A stretch of DNA of 32,000 nucleotides from assembly GCF_004296475.1 (NCBI RefSeq), contig NZ_AP018162.1, positions 30,001 through 62,000 on the forward strand, in the 5' to 3' direction. Positions 14,654-22,955 of this stretch are shown here, piece by piece. This DNA is from Candidatus Saccharimonadota bacterium (GTDB lineage: Bacteria; Pseudomonadota; Gammaproteobacteria; Enterobacterales; Enterobacteriaceae). The stretch's first letter is position 1. Every line of letters starts with the position of its first letter. The translations under genes and the position numbers were made by a program. The notes under the pieces are model-generated. The model had not been told where the DNA came from. It saw only the letters and a program-made list of their open reading frames with translations, and did not search any database.

Positions 14654-15007
14654 TTATAAATTTAGAATATCATTACTATATTCATCATCATTTAAAAATG
14701 ATGATTCATTTTGATAATTTTCTGATAAAGAATAAAACCTTTTAGAATAATTTATTACATTTATATATTTTTGCCATACTATTTCATGTTCACTAATAGC
14801 ATTAATTTTTCCTTTAAAAACATCTATAAATCTTTTTTCTTCATCATTTATAGGTTTTCTAATACCATTAGAAAGATCCATATATGCATTACCAAATTTT
14901 TCAAGTAATAAAGATTCCTTTATGGTAAAATAACCACATCTAGAAAATCCATAGGGATAATTTTTTTTATCAAAAAAACGTTTTTTAGAAAAAAAACTAT
15001 TATTCAT
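14654..15007 (-). CDS. maoP: MaoP/YifE-family protein (DUF413; macrodomain Ori protein in E. coli)
   Basis: The 117-aa product has KKRFFDKKNYPYGFSRCGYFTIKESLLLEKFGNAY...EEKRFIDVFKG...EHEIVWQKY...KRFYSLS. This parallels E. coli YifE ([34 protein letters not shown]...EEKLFVAVCRG...ERVWSKY...KRFHTLS). The E. coli sequence is from memory. Confidence 0.75.
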   Translation of the reverse strand: MNNSFFSKKRFFDKKNYPYGFSRCGYFTIKESLLLEKFGNAYMDLSNGIRKPINDEEKRFIDVFKGKINAISEHEIVWQKYINVINYSKRFYSLSENYQNESSFLNDDEYSNDILNL

Positions 15008-15080
15008 TTAAATATTATGTTTTAAGAAAAGTTTAAAATGATTTTATTAAAATATTCAAATAAATCATTTAATTAAAATA

Positions 15081-16996
15081 ATGAAATATATATCATATTT
15101 TTTAAATTTAAATAAAAATCAAAAAAATATAGTTTTATCAAAAGATAAAAATATAGTAGTTATAGCTGGAGCTGGAAGCGGAAAAACAAAAATTCTAATA
15201 TATAGAATTATTTGGTTAATAAATAAAAAAAAAATAAATCCAAATTCTATAATGATAGTAACATTTAGTAATAAAGCTGTCAATGAAATAAAATATAGAA
15301 TTAAAAATATATTATCAGATAAATATAATAATATTATAATAGGAACTTTTCATTCTATTTTATATAGGATGTTAAAGATACATTATAAAGAAGCTGGATT
15401 AAAAAATAATTTTCAAATTATAGATGATAATTATCAATTGAGAATAATAAAAAATATAATTAAATCATTAAAATTAAAAAATAAATTAAATATAGAAAAA
15501 ATATTAAAATATATAAATATAAGCAAAAATAAAGGAATAAGAATAAATGAAAACTATAAAAATTTATATGAAGAAAATTTTATTTTTAAAAAGATATATA
15601 TATTATATCAGAGTGAATGTAATAAATTAAACATAATAGATTTTTCTGAAATATTAATAAGAACATATGAATTATTAAATAAAAATATTAATATATTAAA
15701 TTTATATAAAAAAAAAATAACTAATATACTAATAGATGAATTTCAAGATACTAATGAAATTCAATATTTAATTATTAAATTATTGTTACATAATAATGAT
15801 ATAAATATAATGATAGTAGGTGATAGTGATCAATTAATATATGAATGGAGAGGAGCTAAAATAGAGAATCTCTGAATAAGTTTATAAATGATTTTTCTAA
15901 TTCTAAAATATTTTATCTAGATCAAAATTATAGATCTACTAATAATATAATAAAAGCAGCTAATAATTTAATTTCATATAATAAAAGCAGATTAAAAAAA
16001 AAATTATGGACTAAAAATGAAATTGGAGATTTTATTTATTTATATAAAGCCGAAAATGAAATAAATGAAGCAAAATTTATATCAGAATATATAAAAAAAA
16101 ATATTAATAATATAAATAATTTTGCTATTTTATATAGAAATAATTATCAATCTAGAATAATAGAAGAATTTTTAATAAATAATAAAATACCATATATAAT
16201 ATATGGAGGATTAAAATTTATAAATAGAAAGGAAATAAAAGATATATTATCATATTTAATGTTAATATTAAATAGAAATGATAATATTTCATTAGAAAGA
16301 ATAATAAATACTCCATCAAGAAAAATAGGTAAAAAATCTATTGATATAATAAAAAAAGAATCATCTTTAACAAACAAATCTTATTGGGATGTTATTAATT
16401 ACTTAGTATATAATGATAAGTATAAATTACATACAAAAAAATTAAAAAATTTTATAGATATAATAAACAATTTAGATAAAATTATATTAGATATACCATT
16501 ACATAAAAAAATACACAAAATATTAGAATATACAAAATTATTTGATTTATATAAAAAGGATAATTTTAATTCTTCTAAATTAGATAATTTAAATGAATTA
16601 ATAAATTCAGCATATAGATTTGAAAAAAAAAATATATATAATAAAAATATATTAGAAGAATTTATATCTAACATGATAATTCAATATGAAGATACTAATA
16701 TTAGTAATATTGAAAATAAAGTTAAACTTATGACAATACATTCTTCTAAAGGTTTAGAATTTAAATGTGTATTTATAATAGGTATGGAAGAAGGCATTTT
16801 CCCATCTAATAAGTCAATAGATAATTCAAATATTGAAGAAGAAAGAAGATTAGCATATGTTGGTATAACAAGAGCTATGAAAAATTTAATATTAACTTAT
16901 TCTAAATTCAGATTAAATTGCGGTAAATTAATAACAAATAAACCATCAAGATTTATATATGAAATTCCAATTGAATGTATTAAAGTATTAAATTAA
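15081..16996 (+). pseudogene. uvrD: DNA helicase II UvrD, interrupted by a single frameshift at about 15873-15874 (two ORFs: 15081..15875 and 15875..16996)
   Basis: The N-terminal part has VIAGAGSGKTKILIYRIIWL, IMIVTFSNKA, ILIDEFQDTN and MIVGDSDQLIYEWRGAKIENL, followed by TGA. The next frame continues NKFINDF...LDQNYRSTNNII...AILYRNNYQSRIIEEFL...PYIIYGGLKF. Further on it reads LMTIHSSKGLEFKCVFIIGMEEGIFPS...EERRLAYVGITRAMKNLILTY...KPSRFIYEIP. This is collinear with E. coli UvrD. Confidence 0.85.
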
Positions 16997-18610
16997 TTTA
17001 TTAAGATCTAAAATATTTATTTTTTTTAATATATTTTTATTTAAAAAATTTATTTTATTATATTTTAAAATAAATTTCAAACTATTTTTAGTCAATGATA
17101 TACCTAAAAATTTTTCTAAATCATATGATATAGTAGGTATTATAGGTTTAATATATAAAACTATTATTTTAAACAAATTTATACTTGTAGAACATATTTT
17201 ATGTAATTTATTTATATTATTACAATTCCAAGGTTCATTATTTGATATATATTTATTTAAAATATTAGAAAGATCAATAACTATATTTACTACTTCTAAA
17301 AAATTAAAATCTTCATATAATTTCCATATATAATCTGATCTAAAAATAAAATCATTATATAAATTAGTATCTATTTCATCAGAAAGTTTATTTTGGAATA
17401 TATTATTTAAAAAATTTTTTATCCTATATGGTATATTTATTATTTTATCTATTAAAATATAATTTACTTTTATATAAAAATCTTTAATATTAAAATCTAT
17501 ATCATTTATATTTAATGATAATTTTGATGCAAAATAATATCTTAAATAATCAGAATTAAATGTTTTTATATAAGAATCAACAGTTATAAAATTATTGGTA
17601 GATTTAGACATTTTATATCCATTAATTGTTAAATGTCCATGCACTATAATTTTAGTAGGTTTTCTTAAATTTAATAAATCTAAAATATATGGCCAAATTA
17701 TACTATGAAAAAAAATAATATCTTTTCCTATAAATTGATAAATATCATAATTAGAATTTAAATTCCAAAATTTATCAAATAATTCTATATCATTAATATT
17801 ATGACAAAATCTTTTAAATGTGCTTATATATGAAATAAGAGCATCTACCCATACATAAAAATACTTATTTATTTCATTAGGGATTTTAAATCCAAAATAA
17901 GGATAATCTCTTGATATATTATATGATTCCATATCACATATAATAAATTCATTAATTTTATTTATAATTTCTTTTTGACAAAATAATTTTTTTATTAAAA
18001 CATTATTTTTATTTTTAAAATTATTTAAATTAATAAATATATGTTTAGTTTTTTTTAATATAGGAATAGAATTACTTAATGTAGATTTAGGATTTATTAA
18101 ATTAATGGAATTATATACTGAATTACATTTATTACAATGATCTCCAAATTGATCTTTAGAATAACATTTAGGACATTTACCAAGTATAAACCTATCAGGT
18201 AAAAATATATTATTGTAAACATCATAAAACTGATATATATATTTATAATTTATTAAATTATTTTTTTTAAGTATAAAATAAAATTTATTTATTAATCTTT
18301 TATTTTCATGATTATTAGTTAAATAGTAATAATCATGATATATTGAAAAATCTTTAAAATTTTTTATATGTTCTTTATTAAAATTGTTTATTAATAATTC
18401 TGGTTTAATATTTAAATCTATTGATTTTAACATTATTGGAGTCCCATGTGAATCATCAGAACATATAAAATAGATAGAATTATTAGTTATTTTTTTATAT
18501 CTTATCCATATATCAGCTTGTATTTGTTCTAATAAATGACCTAAATGCAAAGATCCATTAGAATATGGTAAAGCGCAAGTTACTAAAATTTTTTTATTAA
18601 ATAAATTCAT
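16988..18610 (-). CDS. metG: Methionyl-tRNA synthetase (catalytic core; no C-terminal tRNA-binding/dimerisation domain)
   Basis: The 540-aa product starts KKILVTCALPYSNGSLHLGHLLEQIQADIWIRY. It has a zinc knuckle (GKCPKCYSKDQFGDHCNKC), YVWVDALISY and the KMSKS motif. At 540 aa it is much shorter than E. coli MetRS, which is about 680 aa as I remember it. Confidence 0.95.
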   Translation of the reverse strand: MNLFNKKILVTCALPYSNGSLHLGHLLEQIQADIWIRYKKITNNSIYFICSDDSHGTPIMLKSIDLNIKPELLINNFNKEHIKNFKDFSIYHDYYYLTNNHENKRLINKFYFILKKNNLINYKYIYQFYDVYNNIFLPDRFILGKCPKCYSKDQFGDHCNKCNSVYNSINLINPKSTLSNSIPILKKTKHIFINLNNFKNKNNVLIKKLFCQKEIINKINEFIICDMESYNISRDYPYFGFKIPNEINKYFYVWVDALISYISTFKRFCHNINDIELFDKFWNLNSNYDIYQFIGKDIIFFHSIIWPYILDLLNLRKPTKIIVHGHLTINGYKMSKSTNNFITVDSYIKTFNSDYLRYYFASKLSLNINDIDFNIKDFYIKVNYILIDKIINIPYRIKNFLNNIFQNKLSDEIDTNLYNDFIFRSDYIWKLYEDFNFLEVVNIVIDLSNILNKYISNNEPWNCNNINKLHKICSTSINLFKIIVLYIKPIIPTISYDLEKFLGISLTKNSLKFILKYNKINFLNKNILKKINILDLNKLI

Positions 18611-18623
18611 TAAATTTACAATA

Positions 18624-18924
18624 TGGTGGAGCTGGTGAGATTCGAACTCACTTCCATAAATAATTATAAATAAAAGTTATTAACATGCTTATTTCTTTTT
18701 TTTTATTAAAATATATTAATTATAAAGAAAAATAATTAATATTTAAAAAATATTACTAAATTTTCAATATATCAAAAACCTAAGCTATTGATAAATTTGA
18801 ACTATTAAACATCATATTATTTTTTGCAAATATTAAGTTTAAAGAATTTTTTACAAGATTTTCATAAACTTGACATGTCTTTTAATGTTATAAAATAAAT
18901 ATGTCTACACCTATTTTCAGCCCC
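18624..18924 (-). ncRNA. ssrA: tmRNA (SsrA), about 301 nt
   Basis: The reverse complement starts GGGGCTGAAAATAGGTGTAGAC and ends GGAAGTGAGTTCGAATCTCACCAGCTCCACCA. This gives an alanine-type acceptor with a G3-U pair, a T arm, and an encoded CCA. The internal candidate tag ORF is GCA AAA AAT AAT ATG ATG TTT AAT AGT TCA AAT TTA TCA ATA GCT TAG (18827-18780). The gene lies immediately downstream of smpB, as in E. coli. Confidence 0.85.
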
Positions 18925-18925
18925 A

Positions 18926-19402
18926 TTAATAATTTTTATTACTTTTTTTTAAAATGTATAATTTTTTTCTATCCCACTCTCTGTTTTTTATATTTTCTCT
19001 TTTATCATATTTATTTATCCCTTTAGCTATACCTATATTTAACTTTATAAAAGAATTCTTAAAATATATAGATAAAACAACTATTGCAAAACCTTTTATT
19101 TTAGACTTTATATATAATTTATATATTTCATCCTTATTTAACAAAAGTTTTCTATTTCTGTTTGTAATACATGAATCTATATTAGATATATTACTAATTG
19201 GATTAAAAATAGAATTAATTAAAAAAGCTTCATTATTTTTTATTTTTATATAACAATTACTTATATCTACTTTTTTATAAAAAAAAGATTTTACTTCCCA
19301 TCCTTGTAATACTATACCAGATTCTATTTTTGACTTTATATCATAATTAAATAAAATTTTATTATTCTCTAGTAAATTAAAAATAGTATTATTTTTTATC
19401 AT
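18926..19402 (-). CDS. smpB: SsrA-binding protein SmpB
   Basis: The 158-aa product has ESGIVLQGWEVKS, NRNRKLLLNKDEI, GFAIVVLSIYFKN, IGIAKGINKYDKRENIKNREW. It is collinear with E. coli SmpB. Confidence 0.92.
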   Translation of the reverse strand: MIKNNTIFNLLENNKILFNYDIKSKIESGIVLQGWEVKSFFYKKVDISNCYIKIKNNEAFLINSIFNPISNISNIDSCITNRNRKLLLNKDEIYKLYIKSKIKGFAIVVLSIYFKNSFIKLNIGIAKGINKYDKRENIKNREWDRKKLYILKKSNKNY

Positions 19403-19739
19403 CCTTTATGTATATTTTAACTAAAACATCATTAAAAAAAATTAATTTAATTTTTTTTATTATTTTTATATTTCCAAAAAAAGTTATTTTATAATATAGA
19501 TATATCCATATATTTTCATCAAATGGACTAATTAATATAGGAGAACCAATTTTTTCTATAACTTTTTTTTTATCATCTCCAATATTTAAAGAGTTAGCAT
19601 GATAATCATCTATATAAACGCCATAATATGAACATCTATTAATTAATTTTTCATTAGAACTTTTATTAACGATTAAATTATTACAGTTTGATATATTAAA
19701 TATATTTATAACTAAAAAAAATATTAAAAAATAATTCAT
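19389..19739 (-). CDS. bamE: Outer-membrane protein assembly factor BamE (SmpA/OmlA lipoprotein)
   Basis: The 116-aa product has an N-terminal hydrophobic signal ending ...NISNC. The segment KKKVIEKIGSPILISPFDENIWIYLYY matches E. coli BamE ([26 protein letters not shown]). The gene neighbours smpB, as in enterobacteria. Confidence 0.7.
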   Translation of the reverse strand: MNYFLIFFLVINIFNISNCNNLIVNKSSNEKLINRCSYYGVYIDDYHANSLNIGDDKKKVIEKIGSPILISPFDENIWIYLYYKITFFGNIKIIKKIKLIFFNDVLVKIYIKDDKK

Positions 19740-19846
19740 ATTCTATTTATTAATTTAAAATTTTAATACTTTTTTTTATATAAAAAAAGTATATTATAAT
19801 AAAATTATAAATAATTATAATTAATAATCAATAGGTGTTAATAAAA

Positions 19847-20500
19847 ATGATAAATGATTTATATAAAACTAATAAAAACAATTTAGAAGAAGAAAATAAA
19901 AACAATTTAGAAGAAGAAAATAAAAACAATTTAGAAGAAGAAAATAAAAACAATTTAGAAGAAGAAAATAAAAACAATTTAGAAGAAGAAAATAAAAACA
20001 ATTTAGAAGAAGAAAATAAAAACAATTTTTATAATATTAATGAAATATTAAAATTAAAAGAAAATATAGAAAATTTAAACAATAAATTAATTAATAATAA
20101 TCTTTATTTTAAAGCTGAAATAGAAAATATAAAAAAAAGACACTCAATAGAAATAGATAAAATACGTAAACTATCATTAGAAAAATTTATGTTAGATTTG
20201 ATACCTATAATAGATAATTTAGAAAGAACATTAGAACATAAAGATTCTAAAATTGAAAATATAATAGAAGGTGTAGAATTAACATTAAAATTATTAATAA
20301 AGGTAATAAACAATTTTGGATTATTTTCAATAGATAAAATAAATGTTCCATTTGATCATAATATACATCAAGCAGTTGTATTAGAATTTTCAGATAAATA
20401 TAAAGATAATTATATTACTGAAATATTAGAAAAAGGATATATATTAAATGACAAACTAATTAAACCCGCTATGGTAAAAGTATCGACTAATAAAAAATAA
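19847..20500 (+). CDS. grpE: Nucleotide exchange factor GrpE, with an N-terminal 8-aa tandem repeat
   Basis: The C-terminal two thirds are collinear with E. coli GrpE. Matching segments include YFKAEIENIKKR, LEKFMLDLIPIIDNLERTLEH, IEGVELTLKLL, VPFDHNIHQAV, ILEKGYILNDKLIKPAMVKVS. The track starts the ORF at GTG 19835. I prefer ATG 19847 because AGGTG (19833-19837) then sits 9 nt upstream as a Shine-Dalgarno sequence. Confidence 0.9.
   Translation: MINDLYKTNKNNLEEENKNNLEEENKNNLEEENKNNLEEENKNNLEEENKNNLEEENKNNFYNINEILKLKENIENLNNKLINNNLYFKAEIENIKKRHSIEIDKIRKLSLEKFMLDLIPIIDNLERTLEHKDSKIENIIEGVELTLKLLIKVINNFGLFSIDKINVPFDHNIHQAVVLEFSDKYKDNYITEILEKGYILNDKLIKPAMVKVSTNKK
19871..20028. repeat. Perfect tandem repeat, 24-bp unit AATAAAAACAATTTAGAAGAAGAA x 6 plus a 14-bp partial copy, inside grpE
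   Basis: I read this directly. The units are 19871-19894, 19895-19918, 19919-19942, 19943-19966, 19967-19990 and 19991-20014, with a partial copy at 20015-20028. I see no mismatches. It encodes (NKNNLEEE)x6. Confidence 0.95.
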
Positions 20501-20501
20501 A

Positions 20502-21161
20502 TTATAAATTCCAATTTATAATTTTATTATTTTTAATTAAAATATTATTAGATATAAAAAAATGATTACATCCTATAAAACCTTTATTAACAGATAAAGG
20601 TGAAGGATGTGATGATTCTAATATATAATGTTTTTTATTATTTATTAATTTTTTTACTTTTTTGGCATAAGATCCCCATAACATAAATATAATACTATTA
20701 AGATTGTTATTTATAAAACTAATAGCATTATTAGTAAATATTTCCCAACCAATATTTATATGAGATTTAGGTTTATTATTTTCAACTGTTAATATTCTAT
20801 TTAATAATAAAACTCCTTGATTGCACCAATTTAATAATAATCCATGATTAGGATATTTAAAATAACTTATACTTCTATATAACTCATTATATATATTTAA
20901 TAATGATGGAGGTATTTTTATATTTTTATTAACAGAAAATGCTAAACCGTTAGCTTGATTTATTTTATAATATGGATCTTGTCCTATTATTACAACTTTT
21001 AAGTTATTAAAATTTGTAAATTTAAATGCATTAAATATATCATTTAATGAAGGTAAAATAATTTTTTTTTTTTTTATTTCATTATATAAATATTTTTTTA
21101 AATTAATAAAATATATTTTTTTTTTTTCTTTAATAAAAAAATTTTTCCAATTTAAATTCAT
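20502..21161 (-). CDS. ung: Uracil-DNA glycosylase
   Basis: The 219-aa product has VVIIGQDPYYKINQANGLAFSV, GVLLLNRILTVE, and SSHPSPLS near the C-terminus. Confidence 0.93.
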   Translation of the reverse strand: MNLNWKNFFIKEKKKIYFINLKKYLYNEIKKKKIILPSLNDIFNAFKFTNFNNLKVVIIGQDPYYKINQANGLAFSVNKNIKIPPSLLNIYNELYRSISYFKYPNHGLLLNWCNQGVLLLNRILTVENNKPKSHINIGWEIFTNNAISFINNNLNSIIFMLWGSYAKKVKKLINNKKHYILESSHPSPLSVNKGFIGCNHFFISNNILIKNNKIINWNL

Positions 21162-21181
21162 TTTTAAGAAAAATAGTTAAA

Positions 21182-22954
21182 ATGAAAAATATAAGAAATT
21201 TTTGTATTATATCACATATAGATCATGGTAAATCTACTTTATCAAAAAGTATATTAAAATTTTCTAATTCTAATTTAGAAAATAATATTGATAATACAGA
21301 ATTAGAAAAAGAAAAAGAAATAACTATAAAATCTAAAAATATAAATTTTAAATATAAATTAAATGATTATATATATAATTTAAATTTAATAGATACTCCA
21401 GGTCATACAGATTTTTTAAATGAAATATATAAATATTTTTTAGTATGTGAAGGGGCAATACTATTAATAGATTCTACTAAAAGTATAGAATCACAAACAT
21501 TATACTTATATAATAATGCTATAAAATATAATGTAAAGATTATTACTGTAATAAATAAAATTGATTCTATAAATTCTGATATAAATAATACTAAAAAAGA
21601 AATAATAGATATATTAAATATAAAAAATGAACCGATATTAGTATCTGCAAAATATTCAATAGGAATAGATGAATTATTAAATAATATAATAAATAAAATA
21701 CCCTATCCTAAAAAAATATATAATGATTTTATCGCAATAATAATAGACTCTTGGTTTGATAAATATTTAGGAATATTATTATTAATAAAAATAAAACAAG
21801 GAAAATTAACAAAAAAGGATACTATTAAATTTTTTAAAGATGATAAATTATATAAAGTAAATAAATTAGGTATTATAAATAATAATATAAAAATAGAATG
21901 TGATGAATTATTAGACGAAGATATAGGATGGATATCTTGTTCTATAAAAGAAAAAGATAATATAAATTTTAATAATATTTTAATATCTAATAAAACCAAA
22001 AATATACCAAAAAAATATTATAATTTTATAGAAGATATAGATAATACATTTCCTAAAATATATGCGAATATTATTGTTGATAATATAAATGAATATAATA
22101 TATTATATAATTCTATAAAAAAAATAAGTATAAATGATACATCATTATATTTTGATAAAAATTTAAAAATATCAAAAAATGGTTTTAAATGTGGATTTTC
22201 AGGAACTTTACATATAGAGATATTTAAAGAAAGATTAAAAAGAGAATTTAATATAAATATTAAAATAGTAAAATCTAATGTATTATATGAAATATTAACT
22301 AAAGAAGAAAAAATAATAAAATTAAGTAATATTAATGATATAAATAATTTTAATATAAAAGAATTTAGAGAACCTATATGTAAATGTATTATAATAACAA
22401 TATATAAATATATTAATAATATAAATAAATTATGTTTTATTAAAAGAGGTAAATTAATTTATTCAAGAAATATAAATATTAATTTTATAGAATTAATATA
22501 TGATATTCCTATGTCTGAAATAATTTATAATTTCTTTGACGAATTAAAATCAATATCTAAAGGATATGTTTTTTTTAATTATAATTTTAAATATTTTAAA
22601 AAAACTGAATTATTTTTATTAGAAGTATTAATAAATAATAAAAAAATAAATGAATTAACATTTATAGTAAATAAAAATTATAATATTTTTTGTGAAAATT
22701 TGATTAATAAAATAAAGAAAAATATATGCAGAAAACAATTTGATATAAAAATACAAATATTAATTAATAAAAATATAGTAAAAAAATGCATAATAAAGAG
22801 ATTTAGAAAAGATGTTATATCTAAATGTTATGGCGGTGATATAAATAGAAAAAAAAAATTATTAAAAAATCAAAAAATAAAAAAAAAATATATGAATAAA
22901 ACTGGATTAGTTAATATTACAAGTAATGATATATATTCAATTATTAAAATATAA
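21182..22954 (+). CDS. lepA: Translation elongation factor 4 (LepA)
   Basis: The 590-aa product starts MKNIRNFCIISHIDHGKSTL. It has LIDTPGHTDF, NKID, IIDSWFDKYLGILLLIKIKQG, and the LepA-specific C-terminus KCYGGDINRKKKLLKNQKIKKKYM. Confidence 0.95.
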   Translation: MKNIRNFCIISHIDHGKSTLSKSILKFSNSNLENNIDNTELEKEKEITIKSKNINFKYKLNDYIYNLNLIDTPGHTDFLNEIYKYFLVCEGAILLIDSTKSIESQTLYLYNNAIKYNVKIITVINKIDSINSDINNTKKEIIDILNIKNEPILVSAKYSIGIDELLNNIINKIPYPKKIYNDFIAIIIDSWFDKYLGILLLIKIKQGKLTKKDTIKFFKDDKLYKVNKLGIINNNIKIECDELLDEDIGWISCSIKEKDNINFNNILISNKTKNIPKKYYNFIEDIDNTFPKIYANIIVDNINEYNILYNSIKKISINDTSLYFDKNLKISKNGFKCGFSGTLHIEIFKERLKREFNINIKIVKSNVLYEILTKEEKIIKLSNINDINNFNIKEFREPICKCIIITIYKYINNINKLCFIKRGKLIYSRNININFIELIYDIPMSEIIYNFFDELKSISKGYVFFNYNFKYFKKTELFLLEVLINNKKINELTFIVNKNYNIFCENLINKIKKNICRKQFDIKIQILINKNIVKKCIIKRFRKDVISKCYGGDINRKKKLLKNQKIKKKYMNKTGLVNITSNDIYSIIKI

Positions 22955-22955
22955 A

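Noticed and set aside
15873-15875. Alternative genetic code (UGA=Trp) as an explanation for the uvrD interruption
   Set aside because: Reading through the TGA in the same frame meets TAA four codons later, and the UvrD homology continues in a different frame. No other gene contains an in-frame TGA, and Trp is encoded by TGG.
19828-20025. Minus-strand ORF encoding repeated FLFSSSKL
   Set aside because: It is the antisense reading of the grpE tandem repeat. The sense frame continues into a clear GrpE domain, so the repeat belongs to grpE.
19871-20028. Possible CRISPR array
   Set aside because: The repeat units are directly adjacent with no spacers. They lie in frame inside a CDS, and there are no cas genes.
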